A stretch of 60,201 nt of DNA from Stellaceae bacterium (GTDB taxonomy: Bacteria; Pseudomonadota; Alphaproteobacteria; ATCC43930; CGMCC-115725): the NCBI GenBank assembly GCA_035263705.1, contig DATFRA010000285.1, positions 1 to 60,201 of the forward strand, in the 5' to 3' direction. How positions within the stretch are numbered: position 1 is the stretch's first letter; each line of letters starts with the position of its first letter. The notes under the pieces are model-generated. The model was not told the DNA's origin. It saw nothing but the letters and a program-made list of their open reading frames with translations, and did no database searches. Both the position numbers and the translations under genes were made by a program. Positions 47,966 through 58,347 of this stretch are shown here, in pieces.

Positions 47966-49582
47966 ATGGCCGAGAGGGTGATCGAGGCACCCGCCATCGG
48001 CACCCCCGAAACGACACTTCTTCACGTGCTTGCTCGGCGGCTGGGCGACAGTGCCGATCGCCCCTGGGTGCTGACCGAGGAGCGCGCCTTCACTTATGGG
48101 GATGTCGACCGGTTGTCGAACCGGCTGGCGAACGGTCTGGCGCGCCTCGGGGTCGAGCGTGCCCATACCGTGCTCCTGATGCTCAACAACTCGATCGACT
48201 TCATCGGCCTCTGGTGCGCGCTGGGCAAACTTGGCGCCATCGAGGTGCCCGTCAATTGCGCCTACAAGGGCAACATCCTTGCACGGGTCATGAGCGATTC
48301 GCGGGCGCGGCTCGTGATCGCCGACGCCGAGTATCTTCCACGCTTCCGCGATATTGCGGCCGAGCTCTCGGGTATCGAGACGATCGTGCTCCACGATGGC
48401 GACGCGACGGATCCGCCGCTCGAGCGCGCTCGATTGGTGCGGTTTGGCGACATCCTCGACGAGACCGAGACATTCTCCGCGGTTCGGCTGGCGCCCTGGG
48501 ACCAGGCCGCGATCATGTACACCTCCGGCACGACCGGGCCATCGAAGGGGGTGATGATCAGTCACGGCCACGCCTACGAGTATGCCCGCGGCGTCATCGA
48601 CATGATCGAGATCAGGCACACCGATATCTACTATGCGCCCTTGCCACTTTTCCACATCGCCGGACAGTGGGCGGTGATCTACGCCGCGGCGATCGCCGGC
48701 GCTGCGGCGGTCCTGCCGGATACCTTCAGCGCATCGCGTTTTTGGGCGACGGCGCGCCGGTATCGTGCCTCCTGCTCCTTCCTGCTGGGGGCGATGGCCA
48801 ACCTCCTCTATCGTCAACCCCCCGAGCCGGACGATGGCGATAATCCGTTGGACCGCGTCTTGGTGGTGCCGCTGATACCCGAAGTCGAATCCTTCAAGCG
48901 ACGCTTCAACTGCCGCGTCTCGACCACCTGGGGCGGCACCGAAATGAACTGCCCGACCCGCTCCGGCTTCGATCTGCCCGACAACAGGACCTGCGGCCGG
49001 GTGGACGAGCGGCTCTATGAGGTGCGCATCGTCGACGAGCATGACAACGAGCTGCCGCCGGGCCTCGCCGGCGAGGCCGTGGTGCGTCCGAAGATCCCCT
49101 GGATCACCATGGCCGGCTACTGGAACCGGCCGGACTGGACCGAGAATGCCTGGCGCAATCTCTGGCTCCATACGGGTGACATGCTGAAGAAGGACACCGA
49201 GGGCAATCTCTATTTCGTCGACCGCACCAGGGATGCGATCCGCCGGCGCGGCGAGAACGTCTCGTCGATGGAGGTCGAGCAAGAGATCAACGCTCATCCG
49301 GACGTGCTGGAATGCGCGGTGATCCCGGTTGCCTCGGCCGAGACCGAGCAGGAGGTCATGGCCGTCGTCGTGCTCAAGCCCGGACGCCAAGTCTTGCCCG
49401 AGACCCTGATCGCGTTCCTCGAGCCGCGCATGGCCTATTTCATGGTGCCCCGGTATCTGGCATTCGCGACCGAGTTGCCGAAGACGCCCACGGGCAAGAT
49501 TCAGAAGTTCGGCTTACGGGAGCGCGGGCTCACGCCCACCACCTGGGATCGAGTCGCCGCCGGATTCAAACTCAAGCGCTGA
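47966..49582 (+). CDS. AMP-dependent acyl-CoA synthetase/ligase
   Basis: AMP-binding motif YTSGTTGPSKGV, TGD..K.D..G..YFVDR, and C-terminal PKTPTGKIQK. Confidence 0.85.
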   Translation: MAERVIEAPAIGTPETTLLHVLARRLGDSADRPWVLTEERAFTYGDVDRLSNRLANGLARLGVERAHTVLLMLNNSIDFIGLWCALGKLGAIEVPVNCAYKGNILARVMSDSRARLVIADAEYLPRFRDIAAELSGIETIVLHDGDATDPPLERARLVRFGDILDETETFSAVRLAPWDQAAIMYTSGTTGPSKGVMISHGHAYEYARGVIDMIEIRHTDIYYAPLPLFHIAGQWAVIYAAAIAGAAAVLPDTFSASRFWATARRYRASCSFLLGAMANLLYRQPPEPDDGDNPLDRVLVVPLIPEVESFKRRFNCRVSTTWGGTEMNCPTRSGFDLPDNRTCGRVDERLYEVRIVDEHDNELPPGLAGEAVVRPKIPWITMAGYWNRPDWTENAWRNLWLHTGDMLKKDTEGNLYFVDRTRDAIRRRGENVSSMEVEQEINAHPDVLECAVIPVASAETEQEVMAVVVLKPGRQVLPETLIAFLEPRMAYFMVPRYLAFATELPKTPTGKIQKFGLRERGLTPTTWDRVAAGFKLKR

Positions 49583-49606
49583 CCTGTACACCTGGAGGAG
49601 GAAGTC

Positions 49607-50410
49607 GTGGACGATCGCATCATCTTGCGCCGAGACAATCATGTCGCCTGGCTCATCTTCAATCGCCCGGATCGCCTCAACGCGATGACGATCGAGACCT
49701 GGCAGCTCATGGGCCGTCACCTGGCCGTGCTGTCCGAGGATCGCGGCGTGCGGTGCCTGGTGCTCGCGGGCGAGGGTCGTGCCTTCCTCGCGGGACACGA
49801 CGTCGCCGAGATTCGCGAGCACAACGAGCACATCGCCTCGGGCAAGCTCTCGCCGGCGCAGCTCCGCGAATGGCAGAAGGCTTTGCAGAACACGACCCGG
49901 CACATGCGGCTAGCGCCCTTTCCCGTTGTCGCGGCGGTACAGGGCTATGCGGTTGGAGCGGGCTGCGAGGTGGTGTTCGCCGCCGACCTCGTGGTTGCCG
50001 CAGAGGGCACCAAGTTTGGGTTCCCCGAGGTCAACATCGGCGTCACCATCACGAATGGAGGTTGCTTCTTCGTGCCGCGGAAGATCGGTCTCGCCAAGGC
50101 GCGCGAGCTTGCGTACACGGGCGAGTTCATCGACGCGGAGGAAGCCTATCGCCTTGGCCTCGTCAATCGCGTCGTGCCCGACGGGCAGGAACGCGCGGAG
50201 GCTGAGCGGCTTGCGCGGCGGATCGCCAGCCGCGCCCCAGTGGCGGTGCAGCTTCACAAGACCATGATCGACCGGGGTCTCGAGTCGTCGCTCGAGGCGG
50301 TGCTCGCCTTCGAGACCGAGTCGCTCGTACAAACCGCCATGACCAAGGATAACCTCGAAGGCACCAATGCCTTCTTCGAGAAGCGCGAGCCTCGCTTCAC
50401 GGGAGACTGA
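49607..50410 (+). CDS. Enoyl-CoA hydratase/isomerase (crotonase) family protein
   Basis: NRPDRLNAM, AAVQGYAVGAGCEVV.AADL..A.....FGFPEV.IG. GTG start. Confidence 0.85.
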   Translation: MDDRIILRRDNHVAWLIFNRPDRLNAMTIETWQLMGRHLAVLSEDRGVRCLVLAGEGRAFLAGHDVAEIREHNEHIASGKLSPAQLREWQKALQNTTRHMRLAPFPVVAAVQGYAVGAGCEVVFAADLVVAAEGTKFGFPEVNIGVTITNGGCFFVPRKIGLAKARELAYTGEFIDAEEAYRLGLVNRVVPDGQERAEAERLARRIASRAPVAVQLHKTMIDRGLESSLEAVLAFETESLVQTAMTKDNLEGTNAFFEKREPRFTGD

Positions 50411-50463
50411 CGAACGCCTCCGCGGGAACCGCGAGAATTCAGGCCAGCCGGTCGAGAGCAACT

Positions 50464-50970
50464 ATGGAACCACCCCCGAAGGAGCGCGACGGACTGGAGT
50501 TCTGCCGCACCTTTCATCCCGGTCGCGAGACCATCGACTACAACAACCATGTGAACGTCGGGTACTACGGGATTCTATTCGAGCAGGCGGCGCAAGCCGT
50601 GTTTCCCCGTTTCGACTTGAGCGGCGACTATAAAGCGCGCACGAACCATGCTCTATTCGCGACCGAGTCGCACGTCGTCTTCAAGAAGGAGATCTTCGAA
50701 TCGCAGGCCGTCGATGTCTACCTGCGCATGGTCGATCTCACGGATAAAGCGCTTCACGTGATGTTTCTGATGCTGCTCCGCGACGACCCGGATCCGGCCG
50801 CGACTCAGGAAGTGCTCTACCTTCACGTGAGCCTCACCGATCGAAAGGTCGTGCCGTTGGAGGCGAAGACGCTCGCCACGCTCGAGGACCTGAAGGCGCG
50901 GCAGCAGCGGTTTCCCCTTCGACTTCCCGTCGGGCAGGCGATCGGTTTGCGGCGCGGACGAAGAGGTTGA
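50464..50970 (+). CDS. Hotdog-fold thioesterase (4HBT-like)
   Basis: 168 aa. ETIDYNNHVNVGYYGILFEQA is typical of the 4HBT/YbgC-like N-terminal catalytic region. Confidence 0.7.
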   Translation: MEPPPKERDGLEFCRTFHPGRETIDYNNHVNVGYYGILFEQAAQAVFPRFDLSGDYKARTNHALFATESHVVFKKEIFESQAVDVYLRMVDLTDKALHVMFLMLLRDDPDPAATQEVLYLHVSLTDRKVVPLEAKTLATLEDLKARQQRFPLRLPVGQAIGLRRGRRG

Positions 50971-50991
50971 GGGTCGTCGGGGAACGGCGCC

Positions 50992-51861
50992 CTAATCCAC
51001 CTCCGCCTGGTTCACCGCCAGACGGAAGGAATGCGCGGGGTAGATGCCGAGGATCTTCATCTCGCGGGTGAAGAAGCGGAGCTCGTCGAGCGCGAGCTTT
51101 ACCGGCCGGTCCTTCGGATGGCCCTCGATGTCGGCGTAGAACTGTGTCGCCGTGAAACGGCCGCCCAACATGTAGCTCTCGAGCTTGGTCATGTTGATGC
51201 CGTTGGTGGCGAAGCCGCCGAGCGCCTTGTAAAGCGCCGCCGGCACGTTCCGTACCCGAAACACGAAGGTCGTGATGATCAGGCCGCCGTCGGGGACCGC
51301 TACGCGCGAGCTCTTGGACATGATGAGGAAGCGCGTGGTGTTGTGGCTCGCGTCCTCGATGTCTTTCTTGAGCGTGACGAGCCCGTGAATCTCGCCCGCG
51401 AGCTCGGAGGCGATCGCAGCCTCGCTGCGGTCGCTGCGTTGTGCGATCTCCGCCGCGGCACCAGCGGTGTCCGCCACCACGATCGGCTTCAGCTTCAGCG
51501 TGCGGATCAGGTTCCGGCACTGGTTCAGCGCATGAACGTGGCTGCGCACGGTCTTGATGGTCCTGAGCGTGGCGCCCTGGGGCGCCAGCAGCTGGTGGTT
51601 CACCCGCTGGAAATGCTCGCCGATGATGTTGAGGCCGGACTCGGGCAGCAGGTGATGAATATCGGCGACCCGGCCCGCGACCGAGTTCTCGATCGGCAGC
51701 ATCGCGAGGCGCGCGCGGTCCGCGCGCACGGCGGCGATCGCGTCCTCGAAGCTGGCACAGGGCAGCGTGGCGAGATTGGGAAACACCTCGCGGCAGGCGA
51801 GATCCGAATAGGCGCCGGGCTGGCCTTGGAACGCGATGGTGTTGGCGGGCGAGCGTCGCAT
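50992..51861 (-). CDS. pheA: Prephenate dehydratase
   Basis: IAFQGQPGAYSD, TRF catalytic region and C-terminal ACT domain (ESRP-equivalent region). Start at the ATG giving MRRSPANTIAFQG. Confidence 0.9.
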   Translation of the reverse strand: MRRSPANTIAFQGQPGAYSDLACREVFPNLATLPCASFEDAIAAVRADRARLAMLPIENSVAGRVADIHHLLPESGLNIIGEHFQRVNHQLLAPQGATLRTIKTVRSHVHALNQCRNLIRTLKLKPIVVADTAGAAAEIAQRSDRSEAAIASELAGEIHGLVTLKKDIEDASHNTTRFLIMSKSSRVAVPDGGLIITTFVFRVRNVPAALYKALGGFATNGINMTKLESYMLGGRFTATQFYADIEGHPKDRPVKLALDELRFFTREMKILGIYPAHSFRLAVNQAEVD

Positions 51862-51889
51862 GGGCTCTTGGACGTGTCGGGAGGCGGCG

Positions 51890-52642
51890 TCAGCCGCGGG
51901 GCGCCAGGATCTCGCGGGCGCGCGCGAGGTCGGCCGGAGTATCGATACCGAGCGGAAGCGTGTCAACGAGCGCCACGTCGATCCGCATGCCCGCCTCGAG
52001 CGCGCGCAGCTGCTCGAGACTCTCGCGCCGCTCGAGCGCGCCTTGCGGCAGTGTCACGTAGCGCTCGAGCGCCGCGCGCCGATAGGTGTAGAGCCCGATG
52101 TGGTGGTAGTGCGGCCCCTCGCCCCAGGGCATCACGGTGCGGCTGAAATAGAGCGCGCGCGCGATGCGTTGGCCCGGCGCGAAAGCGATCGCGACCTTCA
52201 CGACGCTCGGCGCCTGGCGCTCGTCCGCGTCGTGGATCTCGGTCGCGAGCGTGCCGATGTCGACCGCGGGATCTCCGAGCGGCTCGAGCGCCACGCGGAT
52301 CGCCTCGGGCGCCAGCGTCGGCAGATCGCCCTGCAGGCAGACCACGGCGTCGTGGTGCCGCTCGGGATCGACCTGCCGGAGCGCCGCCGCGATGCGGTCG
52401 GAGCCCGAGGGCAGCGCCGGGTCGGTCATCACCGCGCGGCCGCCCGCCTGCTCGACCGCCGTCGCGATCTCGGCGTCGCCGCAGGCGACCACCACGGGTC
52501 CCACGCCCGCCTCCATGCCGCGGCGCCAGACGTGCACGATCATCGGCTCGCCGTGAATGTCGGCGAGCGGCTTGTTCGGCAGCCGCGTCGAGGCGAGCCG
52601 CGACGGGATCAGCACGATGGGCTTGCGGGGCTTCTGGGCCAT
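51890..52642 (-). CDS. kdsB: 3-deoxy-manno-octulosonate cytidylyltransferase
   Basis: [27 protein letters not shown] motifs. The start is ambiguous between 52642 and 52654. Confidence 0.9.
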   Translation of the reverse strand: MAQKPRKPIVLIPSRLASTRLPNKPLADIHGEPMIVHVWRRGMEAGVGPVVVACGDAEIATAVEQAGGRAVMTDPALPSGSDRIAAALRQVDPERHHDAVVCLQGDLPTLAPEAIRVALEPLGDPAVDIGTLATEIHDADERQAPSVVKVAIAFAPGQRIARALYFSRTVMPWGEGPHYHHIGLYTYRRAALERYVTLPQGALERRESLEQLRALEAGMRIDVALVDTLPLGIDTPADLARAREILAPRG

Positions 52643-52883
52643 GGACGCCAGCATTCCCTGAGTCTCGCAGGCGGACGCGCGGGCCGCCCGCCTCCGGTTC
52701 CGCGTTGCGGCGTTATGCCGCACGGAAAACCCGGTTATTCAGGCCGGCTGAGCGCTCATCTCCGAGGCCGCATCAATCATATTTCGTTTGAGTTGTCAGC
52801 GAAAATTCGGTTTCTTCCTTGCGGCGCGGGGCCGGCGTGGGGCGGTTTCGGCGCCGCCTCAGTCATCCCCGAAGGGACGCGGA

Positions 52884-53432
52884 ATGTCGTCGTTCGAGAT
52901 CAACAAGATCGTGGCCTCGGTGCTGTTGGCGCTGATCGTGGCATGGGTCTCCGGCCTGCTCGCAAGCAAGCTCATCGAGCCCAAAGTGCCCGCGAAGAGC
53001 GCCGTCGCGATCGCGACGGCACCGGCTGGGCAGCCGCCCGCGGCCGCCGGCAGCGAGGCCGCGGGGCCCGAGCCGCTGGGCCCGCTGCTCGCCACCGCGA
53101 ACATCGATGCGGGGAAGGACGTCGCGAAGAAATGCGCGGCCTGCCACACCTTCGACAAAGGCGGCGCCAACCGCGTCGGCCCCAATCTCTACGGCGTCTT
53201 CGACGGGCCGGTGGCCGAGGGTCACGGCGGCTTCGCCTTCTCGGACGCGCTCAAGAAGAAGGGCGGCACTTGGTCCGTGGATGCCCTCAACGAGTGGCTC
53301 TGGAAGCCGCAGGCTTTCGTCAAGGGAACCAAGATGACCTTCATCGGCTTGGCGAAGGCGAAGGACCGCGCCGACGTCATCGTCTACCTCAACTCGCTCT
53401 CGGATTCGCCGAAGCCGCTCGCGAGCCAGTGA
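52884..53432 (+). CDS. Membrane-anchored class I cytochrome c (CycM-like)
   Basis: N-terminal TM anchor, heme motif CAACHTF, and a distal KMTF Met ligand region. Confidence 0.85.
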   Translation: MSSFEINKIVASVLLALIVAWVSGLLASKLIEPKVPAKSAVAIATAPAGQPPAAAGSEAAGPEPLGPLLATANIDAGKDVAKKCAACHTFDKGGANRVGPNLYGVFDGPVAEGHGGFAFSDALKKKGGTWSVDALNEWLWKPQAFVKGTKMTFIGLAKAKDRADVIVYLNSLSDSPKPLASQ

Positions 53433-53448
53433 CGAGGCGGCGCGCGGC

Positions 53449-54234
53449 ATGATGACGCCGGTCGACGCCGCGCTCATCGCCTTCGCCAATGAACTCGCGG
53501 ACGCCGCGGGGGGGATCGTCCGGCGCTATTTCCGCCGCGGCGTCGCGGTCGACGACAAGGCGGACTTGAGCCCCGTCACCATCGCCGACCGCGAGGCGGA
53601 GCTGGCGCTGCGCGCGCTCATCGAGACGCGGTTCCCCGAGCACGGCATCCTCGGCGAGGAGCACGGCTCCCGCCGCACCGACGCCGAGCGCGTCTGGGTG
53701 CTCGATCCCATCGACGGCACGAAATCCTTCATCAGCGGCGTACCGCTCTTCGGCACGCTGATCGCGCTGGCGGAGCGGGGCACGCCGGTGCTGGGCGTGA
53801 TCGACCAGCCGATCTCGCGCGAGCGCTGGATCGGCGCGCGCGGGCACAAAAGCACGCTCAACGGCGCCCCGATCTCCACGCGGGCGTGCCCGGCGCTCGC
53901 CGCGGCAACGCTGTTCGCGACCTCGCCCGACATGTTCAGGGGTGCCGATGCCGAGGGGTTCCAGCGCCTCAAGGGCGCGGTCAAGCTCGCGCGCTTCGGC
54001 GGCGACTGCTACGCCTATGGACTGCTGGCCGCGGGCTTCATCGACCTCGTGGTGGAGGCGGGGCTCAAGCCCTACGACTATGCCGCGCTCGCGCCGGTGA
54101 TCGCCGGCGCCGGCGGCAGCATGACGGATTGGAGCGGGAAACCGCTCGGCCTCGGCTCCGATGGCCGCGTCCTCGCCTGCGGCGATCCACGGCTCGCCGG
54201 TGCCGCTCGTGGCCTTCTTGCGAGCCGGCCGTGA
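53449..54234 (+). CDS. Inositol monophosphatase family protein (possibly histidinol-phosphatase HisN)
   Basis: SPVTIADREAE, WVLDPIDGT and GGD.YAY motifs of the IMPase family. The DQP...ERW.G segment resembles the HisN subgroup, but I cannot confirm this. Confidence 0.8.
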   Translation: MMTPVDAALIAFANELADAAGGIVRRYFRRGVAVDDKADLSPVTIADREAELALRALIETRFPEHGILGEEHGSRRTDAERVWVLDPIDGTKSFISGVPLFGTLIALAERGTPVLGVIDQPISRERWIGARGHKSTLNGAPISTRACPALAAATLFATSPDMFRGADAEGFQRLKGAVKLARFGGDCYAYGLLAAGFIDLVVEAGLKPYDYAALAPVIAGAGGSMTDWSGKPLGLGSDGRVLACGDPRLAGAARGLLASRP

Positions 54235-54306
54235 CCTCGGGCGGTGGCGTGCCGCCGGGCGCGAATTTCCACTAGAGTGTACCGTCATCTGCAGGGAGCT
54301 CGCCTC

Positions 54307-56145
54307 ATGCGCGCCAGAGCCATTCTGCTCGCTACCCTCGTCGCCTCGATGCCACTCGGCGTCGCGCTCGCACAGGACGGCGTGACCAAGAGCAACGGGC
54401 TCTCGCTCTTTGGCGACCTCAAGTACGGACCCGACTTCGCGCATTTCGACTACGTGAACCCCGAGGCGCCCAAGGGCGGCAGCGTGCGCTACAGCGCGAT
54501 CGGTACCTTCGACACGCTGAACCCCTTCACGCTCAAGGGCAACGCCGCCGCGGGCCTGGGCCTCGACACCGATACGCTGATGGCGGGATCGCCCGAGGAG
54601 CCCGCCTCCGCCTACGGCCTCGTCGCGGAGACCGTGGAGATCCCGGCGGACCGTACCTGGGTGCAGTTCAACCTGCGCAAGGAGGCCCGCTTCCACGACG
54701 GCACGCCGATGACGCCCGCCGACGTGGTCTGGACCTTCGAGACGCTCAAGAGCAAGGGCCACCCGTTCTACCGCAGCTACTATGCCGACGTGATCAAGGC
54801 GGAGCCGGTGGGCGACCGCAGCGTCCGGTTCACCTTCCGCAACGGCGACAATCGCGAGCTCGCCCAAATCGTGGGCGAGCTGCCGGTGCTCTCGAAGGCC
54901 TACTGGTCGACCCGCGACTTCGAGCAGACGACGCTCGACCCGCCGCTCGGCAGCGGACCCTACAAGATCGAGGCGGTTGATCCCGGACGCTCCATCACCT
55001 ACCGCCGCGTGCCCGACTACTGGGCGGCGAACCTGCCGGTTAAGCGTGGCCGCGAGAATTTCGACACGATCCGCTACGACTACTACCGCGACATGACGGT
55101 CGCCCTCGAGGCCTTCAAGGCCGGTACTTACGACATCCGCTCCGAGAACACCGCCAAGCTCTGGGCCACCGGCTACGCCGGACCGGCGCTCCGGGCGGGG
55201 CTCATCCAGAAGGTCGAGATCCCGCACTCGCGCGTGGCGGGCATGCAGGCGTTTGGTTTCAATACGCGGCGCGATTTCTTCGCCGACCGCCGCGTGCGCG
55301 AGGCGATCGGCTACGCCTTCGATTTCGAATGGACGAACAAGAACCTTTTCAATGGGGCCTATGTCAGGACGCGGAGTTACTTCGACAACTCGGAACTCGC
55401 CGCGACGGAGCTGCCCAGCCCCGAGGAGGTGCAGATCCTGGAGAAATACCGCGGGCAGATCCCGGACGAGGTCTTCACGAAGGCATACGAGCCGCCCAAA
55501 ACCGACAGCTCCGGTAACGTGCGCGACAACTTGCGCAAGGCGCTCGACCTCCTGAAACAAGCGGGCTGGAGCGTCAAGAACGAGGCGCTCGTCAACGACA
55601 AGACCGACCGGCCCATGGCGTTCGAGATCCTGCTCGATCAGCCGGAATTCGAGCGCATCGTGCTGCCGTTCATCGCCAATCTAAAACGGCTCGGCATCGC
55701 AGCGCGTGTGCGCACGGTCGATACCTCGCAATACGAGGAGCGCATGCGAAGCTTCGACTTCGACATGGCGGTGGTGGGATTTGGGGCCTCGCAGTCGCCC
55801 GGAAACGAGCAGCGCGACTTCTGGGGCTCGGCGACCGCCGATCAGCGCGGCAGCCGCAACCTTCTCGGCGTCAAGGACAAGGTGGTGGACAACCTCATCG
55901 AACTCGTGGTCTCGGCGTCCGATCGCGCAAGCCTGGTGACGCGGGTGCGTGCCCTCGACCGCGTCCTGCTCTGGGGCTTCTATGTGGTGCCGAACTGGCA
56001 CCTGAGCGTCAGCCGCGTCGCCTATTGGGACAAGTTCGATCGGCCGAAAGAGTCGCCGAAATACGGCGTCGATTTCATGGCCTGGTGGGTCGACGAGGCG
56101 AAAGCCGCGACTCTGGAGTCGCGCAAAGCGAGCGTCGCGCAATAG
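54307..56145 (+). CDS. yejA: ABC transporter periplasmic substrate-binding protein, family 5 (YejA-like)
   Basis: Signal peptide, about 610 aa, SBP_bac_5 pattern. It is followed by yejB/E/F-type genes. Confidence 0.8.
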   Translation: MRARAILLATLVASMPLGVALAQDGVTKSNGLSLFGDLKYGPDFAHFDYVNPEAPKGGSVRYSAIGTFDTLNPFTLKGNAAAGLGLDTDTLMAGSPEEPASAYGLVAETVEIPADRTWVQFNLRKEARFHDGTPMTPADVVWTFETLKSKGHPFYRSYYADVIKAEPVGDRSVRFTFRNGDNRELAQIVGELPVLSKAYWSTRDFEQTTLDPPLGSGPYKIEAVDPGRSITYRRVPDYWAANLPVKRGRENFDTIRYDYYRDMTVALEAFKAGTYDIRSENTAKLWATGYAGPALRAGLIQKVEIPHSRVAGMQAFGFNTRRDFFADRRVREAIGYAFDFEWTNKNLFNGAYVRTRSYFDNSELAATELPSPEEVQILEKYRGQIPDEVFTKAYEPPKTDSSGNVRDNLRKALDLLKQAGWSVKNEALVNDKTDRPMAFEILLDQPEFERIVLPFIANLKRLGIAARVRTVDTSQYEERMRSFDFDMAVVGFGASQSPGNEQRDFWGSATADQRGSRNLLGVKDKVVDNLIELVVSASDRASLVTRVRALDRVLLWGFYVVPNWHLSVSRVAYWDKFDRPKESPKYGVDFMAWWVDEAKAATLESRKASVAQ

Positions 56146-56185
56146 GCGGGCGCCCGCCTGAGAATTGCGGACCGAAACCGACGCC

Positions 56186-57280
56186 ATGCTCGCCTACATC
56201 ATCCGCCGGCTGTTGCTGATCATCCCCACCCTGTTCGCGATCATGGTCGTGAACTTCGTGGTGGTGCAGGCGGCGCCCGGCGGGCCGATCGACCAGCTGG
56301 TGGCCCAGCTCGAGGGCCGCGCGGTCAGCGCCACGGCGCGGGTCAGCGGCGGCGGCGGCGAGACGGTTTCCTCCGGCGTCAAGGTCGGCGGCGCCGAGCA
56401 GTCGCGCGCGTCGCGCGGCATCGATCCCGATATCCTCAAGAAGCTCGAGCGGCTCTACGGCTTCGACAAACCGCCGACCGAGCGCTTCCTGATGATGATG
56501 CGCAACTATCTCACCTTCGACTTCGGCAACAGCTTCTTCCGCGACCGCAAGGTGACGGACCTCATCATCGACAAGCTGCCGGTGTCGATCTCGCTCGGCC
56601 TCTGGACGACGTTGCTCGGATACCTGATCTCGATCCCGCTCGGCATTCGCAAGGCCGTGCGGGACGGCAGCCGGTTCGATATCTGGTCGAGCGGTCTCAT
56701 CATCATCGGCTACGCCGTGCCGAGTTTCCTGTTCGCGGTGCTGCTGGTCGTGCTGTTCGCCGGCGGAAACTACTGGCACCTGTTTCCGCTGCGCGGCCTC
56801 TGGTCCGAGGATTGGTCGAGTCTGGACTGGTGGCACCGGGTCACCGATTACTTCTGGCACATCACGCTGCCGATCACGGCGTTGGTTATCGGCAGCTTTG
56901 CCAGCCTGACCATGCTCACCAAGAACTCTTTCCTGGAGGAGATCAGCAAGCAATACGTGGTAACGGCGCGGGCCAAGGGTCTGACAGAGCGGCGCGTGCT
57001 CTACGGCCACGTGTTCCGGAACGCGATGCTCCTGGTTATCGCGGGCTTTCCCGCTGCCTTTGTCAGCATCCTCTTCACGGGCGCGCTCCTGGTCGAGATC
57101 ATCTTCTCGCTCGATGGGCTCGGCCTGCTCGGCTACGAGGCCGCGATCAACCGCGACTATCCCATCATGTTCGCCAACCTCTACGTCCTGACGCTCCTGG
57201 GGTTGCTGCTCAAGCTCGTCGGCGATCTCACCTACACGGTGGTCGATCCCCGGATCGATTTCGGAACGCGCGGCGCATGA
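56186..57280 (+). CDS. yejB: Microcin C-type peptide ABC transporter permease YejB
   Basis: [17 protein letters not shown]-terminus, a long periplasmic insert after TM1, and the EAA loop region. Confidence 0.85.
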   Translation: MLAYIIRRLLLIIPTLFAIMVVNFVVVQAAPGGPIDQLVAQLEGRAVSATARVSGGGGETVSSGVKVGGAEQSRASRGIDPDILKKLERLYGFDKPPTERFLMMMRNYLTFDFGNSFFRDRKVTDLIIDKLPVSISLGLWTTLLGYLISIPLGIRKAVRDGSRFDIWSSGLIIIGYAVPSFLFAVLLVVLFAGGNYWHLFPLRGLWSEDWSSLDWWHRVTDYFWHITLPITALVIGSFASLTMLTKNSFLEEISKQYVVTARAKGLTERRVLYGHVFRNAMLLVIAGFPAAFVSILFTGALLVEIIFSLDGLGLLGYEAAINRDYPIMFANLYVLTLLGLLLKLVGDLTYTVVDPRIDFGTRGA

Positions 57281-58347
57281 GCGTGACCAATCCGTCGGCC
57301 GCGCCTCCCCGGATTTTCGGGGTATCCATCACGCCGCTGACGCGGCGGCGGCTCGCCAATTTCCGCGCCAACAGCCGTGGCTTCTGCTCGCTCTGGATCT
57401 TCCTGGCGCTGTTCGGCGCGACGCTGTTCTCCGAGTTCATCGCCAACGACAAGCCGCTCCTCGTCCGGTACGACGGCTCGTTCTATCTGCCGGTCTTCAA
57501 GTCCTATCCCGAAACCACCTTCGGCGGCGATTTTCCGACCGAGGCGAATTACCGCGAGGCCGTGACACAGGCGGATATCCGCGCCAAGGGCTGGATGATC
57601 TTTCCGCTGATCCCCTTCAGCTACGGCACCATCAACTACGACCTGCCGGTTCCGGCGCCTGCCCCGCCCTCGGCGGTGAACTGGCTCGGCACCGACGACC
57701 AGGGGCGCGACGTCCTGGCGCGCCTGCTCTACGGCTTCCGCATCTCGGTACTGTTCGGCCTCGTGCTGACCCTGCTTTCCTCCGCGATCGGCATTTTCGC
57801 GGGCGCGGTCCAAGGGTATTTCGGCGGCCTCACCGACCTGTTGTTCCAGCGCTTCATGGAGATCTGGTCGGGACTGCCGATCCTCTATCTGCTCATCATT
57901 CTCTCGAGCATCGTGCAACCGAATTTCTGGTGGCTTCTGGGCCTCATGCTGCTGTTTTCCTGGATGAGCCTGGTCGACCTCGTGCGCGCGGAGTTCCTGC
58001 GTGCGCGCAACTTCGACTACGTGCGCGCCGCCCGGGCGCTTGGCGTGTCCAACCTGGTGATCATCGTCCGCCACGTGCTGCCCAACGCGCTGGTCGCGAC
58101 CTTCACGTTCATGCCGTTCCTGTTGAGCGGCGGCGTGACGACGCTCACGTCCCTCGACTTCCTGGGCTTCGGCCTCCCCGCCGGCTCCCCCTCGCTCGGC
58201 GAGCTGCTCGCGCAGGGCAAGAACAACCTGCAAGCCCCATGGCTCGGCTTCACCGCCTTCATCACGCTCGCGGTCATGCTGAGCCTCCTCGTCTTCATCG
58301 GCGAAGCGGTGCGGGACGCGTTCGATCCGAGAAAGAACATCGGCTGA
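57277..58347 (+). CDS. yejE: Peptide ABC transporter permease YejE
   Basis: ATGA overlap with yejB. The pattern [14 protein letters not shown] is typical of DppC/YejE-type permeases. Confidence 0.85.
   Translation: MSVTNPSAAPPRIFGVSITPLTRRRLANFRANSRGFCSLWIFLALFGATLFSEFIANDKPLLVRYDGSFYLPVFKSYPETTFGGDFPTEANYREAVTQADIRAKGWMIFPLIPFSYGTINYDLPVPAPAPPSAVNWLGTDDQGRDVLARLLYGFRISVLFGLVLTLLSSAIGIFAGAVQGYFGGLTDLLFQRFMEIWSGLPILYLLIILSSIVQPNFWWLLGLMLLFSWMSLVDLVRAEFLRARNFDYVRAARALGVSNLVIIVRHVLPNALVATFTFMPFLLSGGVTTLTSLDFLGFGLPAGSPSLGELLAQGKNNLQAPWLGFTAFITLAVMLSLLVFIGEAVRDAFDPRKNIG

Noticed and set aside
49607-50410. Possibility that the crotonase-family gene is a 4-chlorobenzoyl-CoA dehalogenase, making the cassette a true fcbABC cluster
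   Set aside because: The active-site region reads GAGCEVV...FGFPEVNIG, the generic hydratase/isomerase pattern with conserved Glu residues. It does not match the dehalogenase-specific Trp/His/Asp arrangement as I recall it. Only the pathway logic is retained as a finding.
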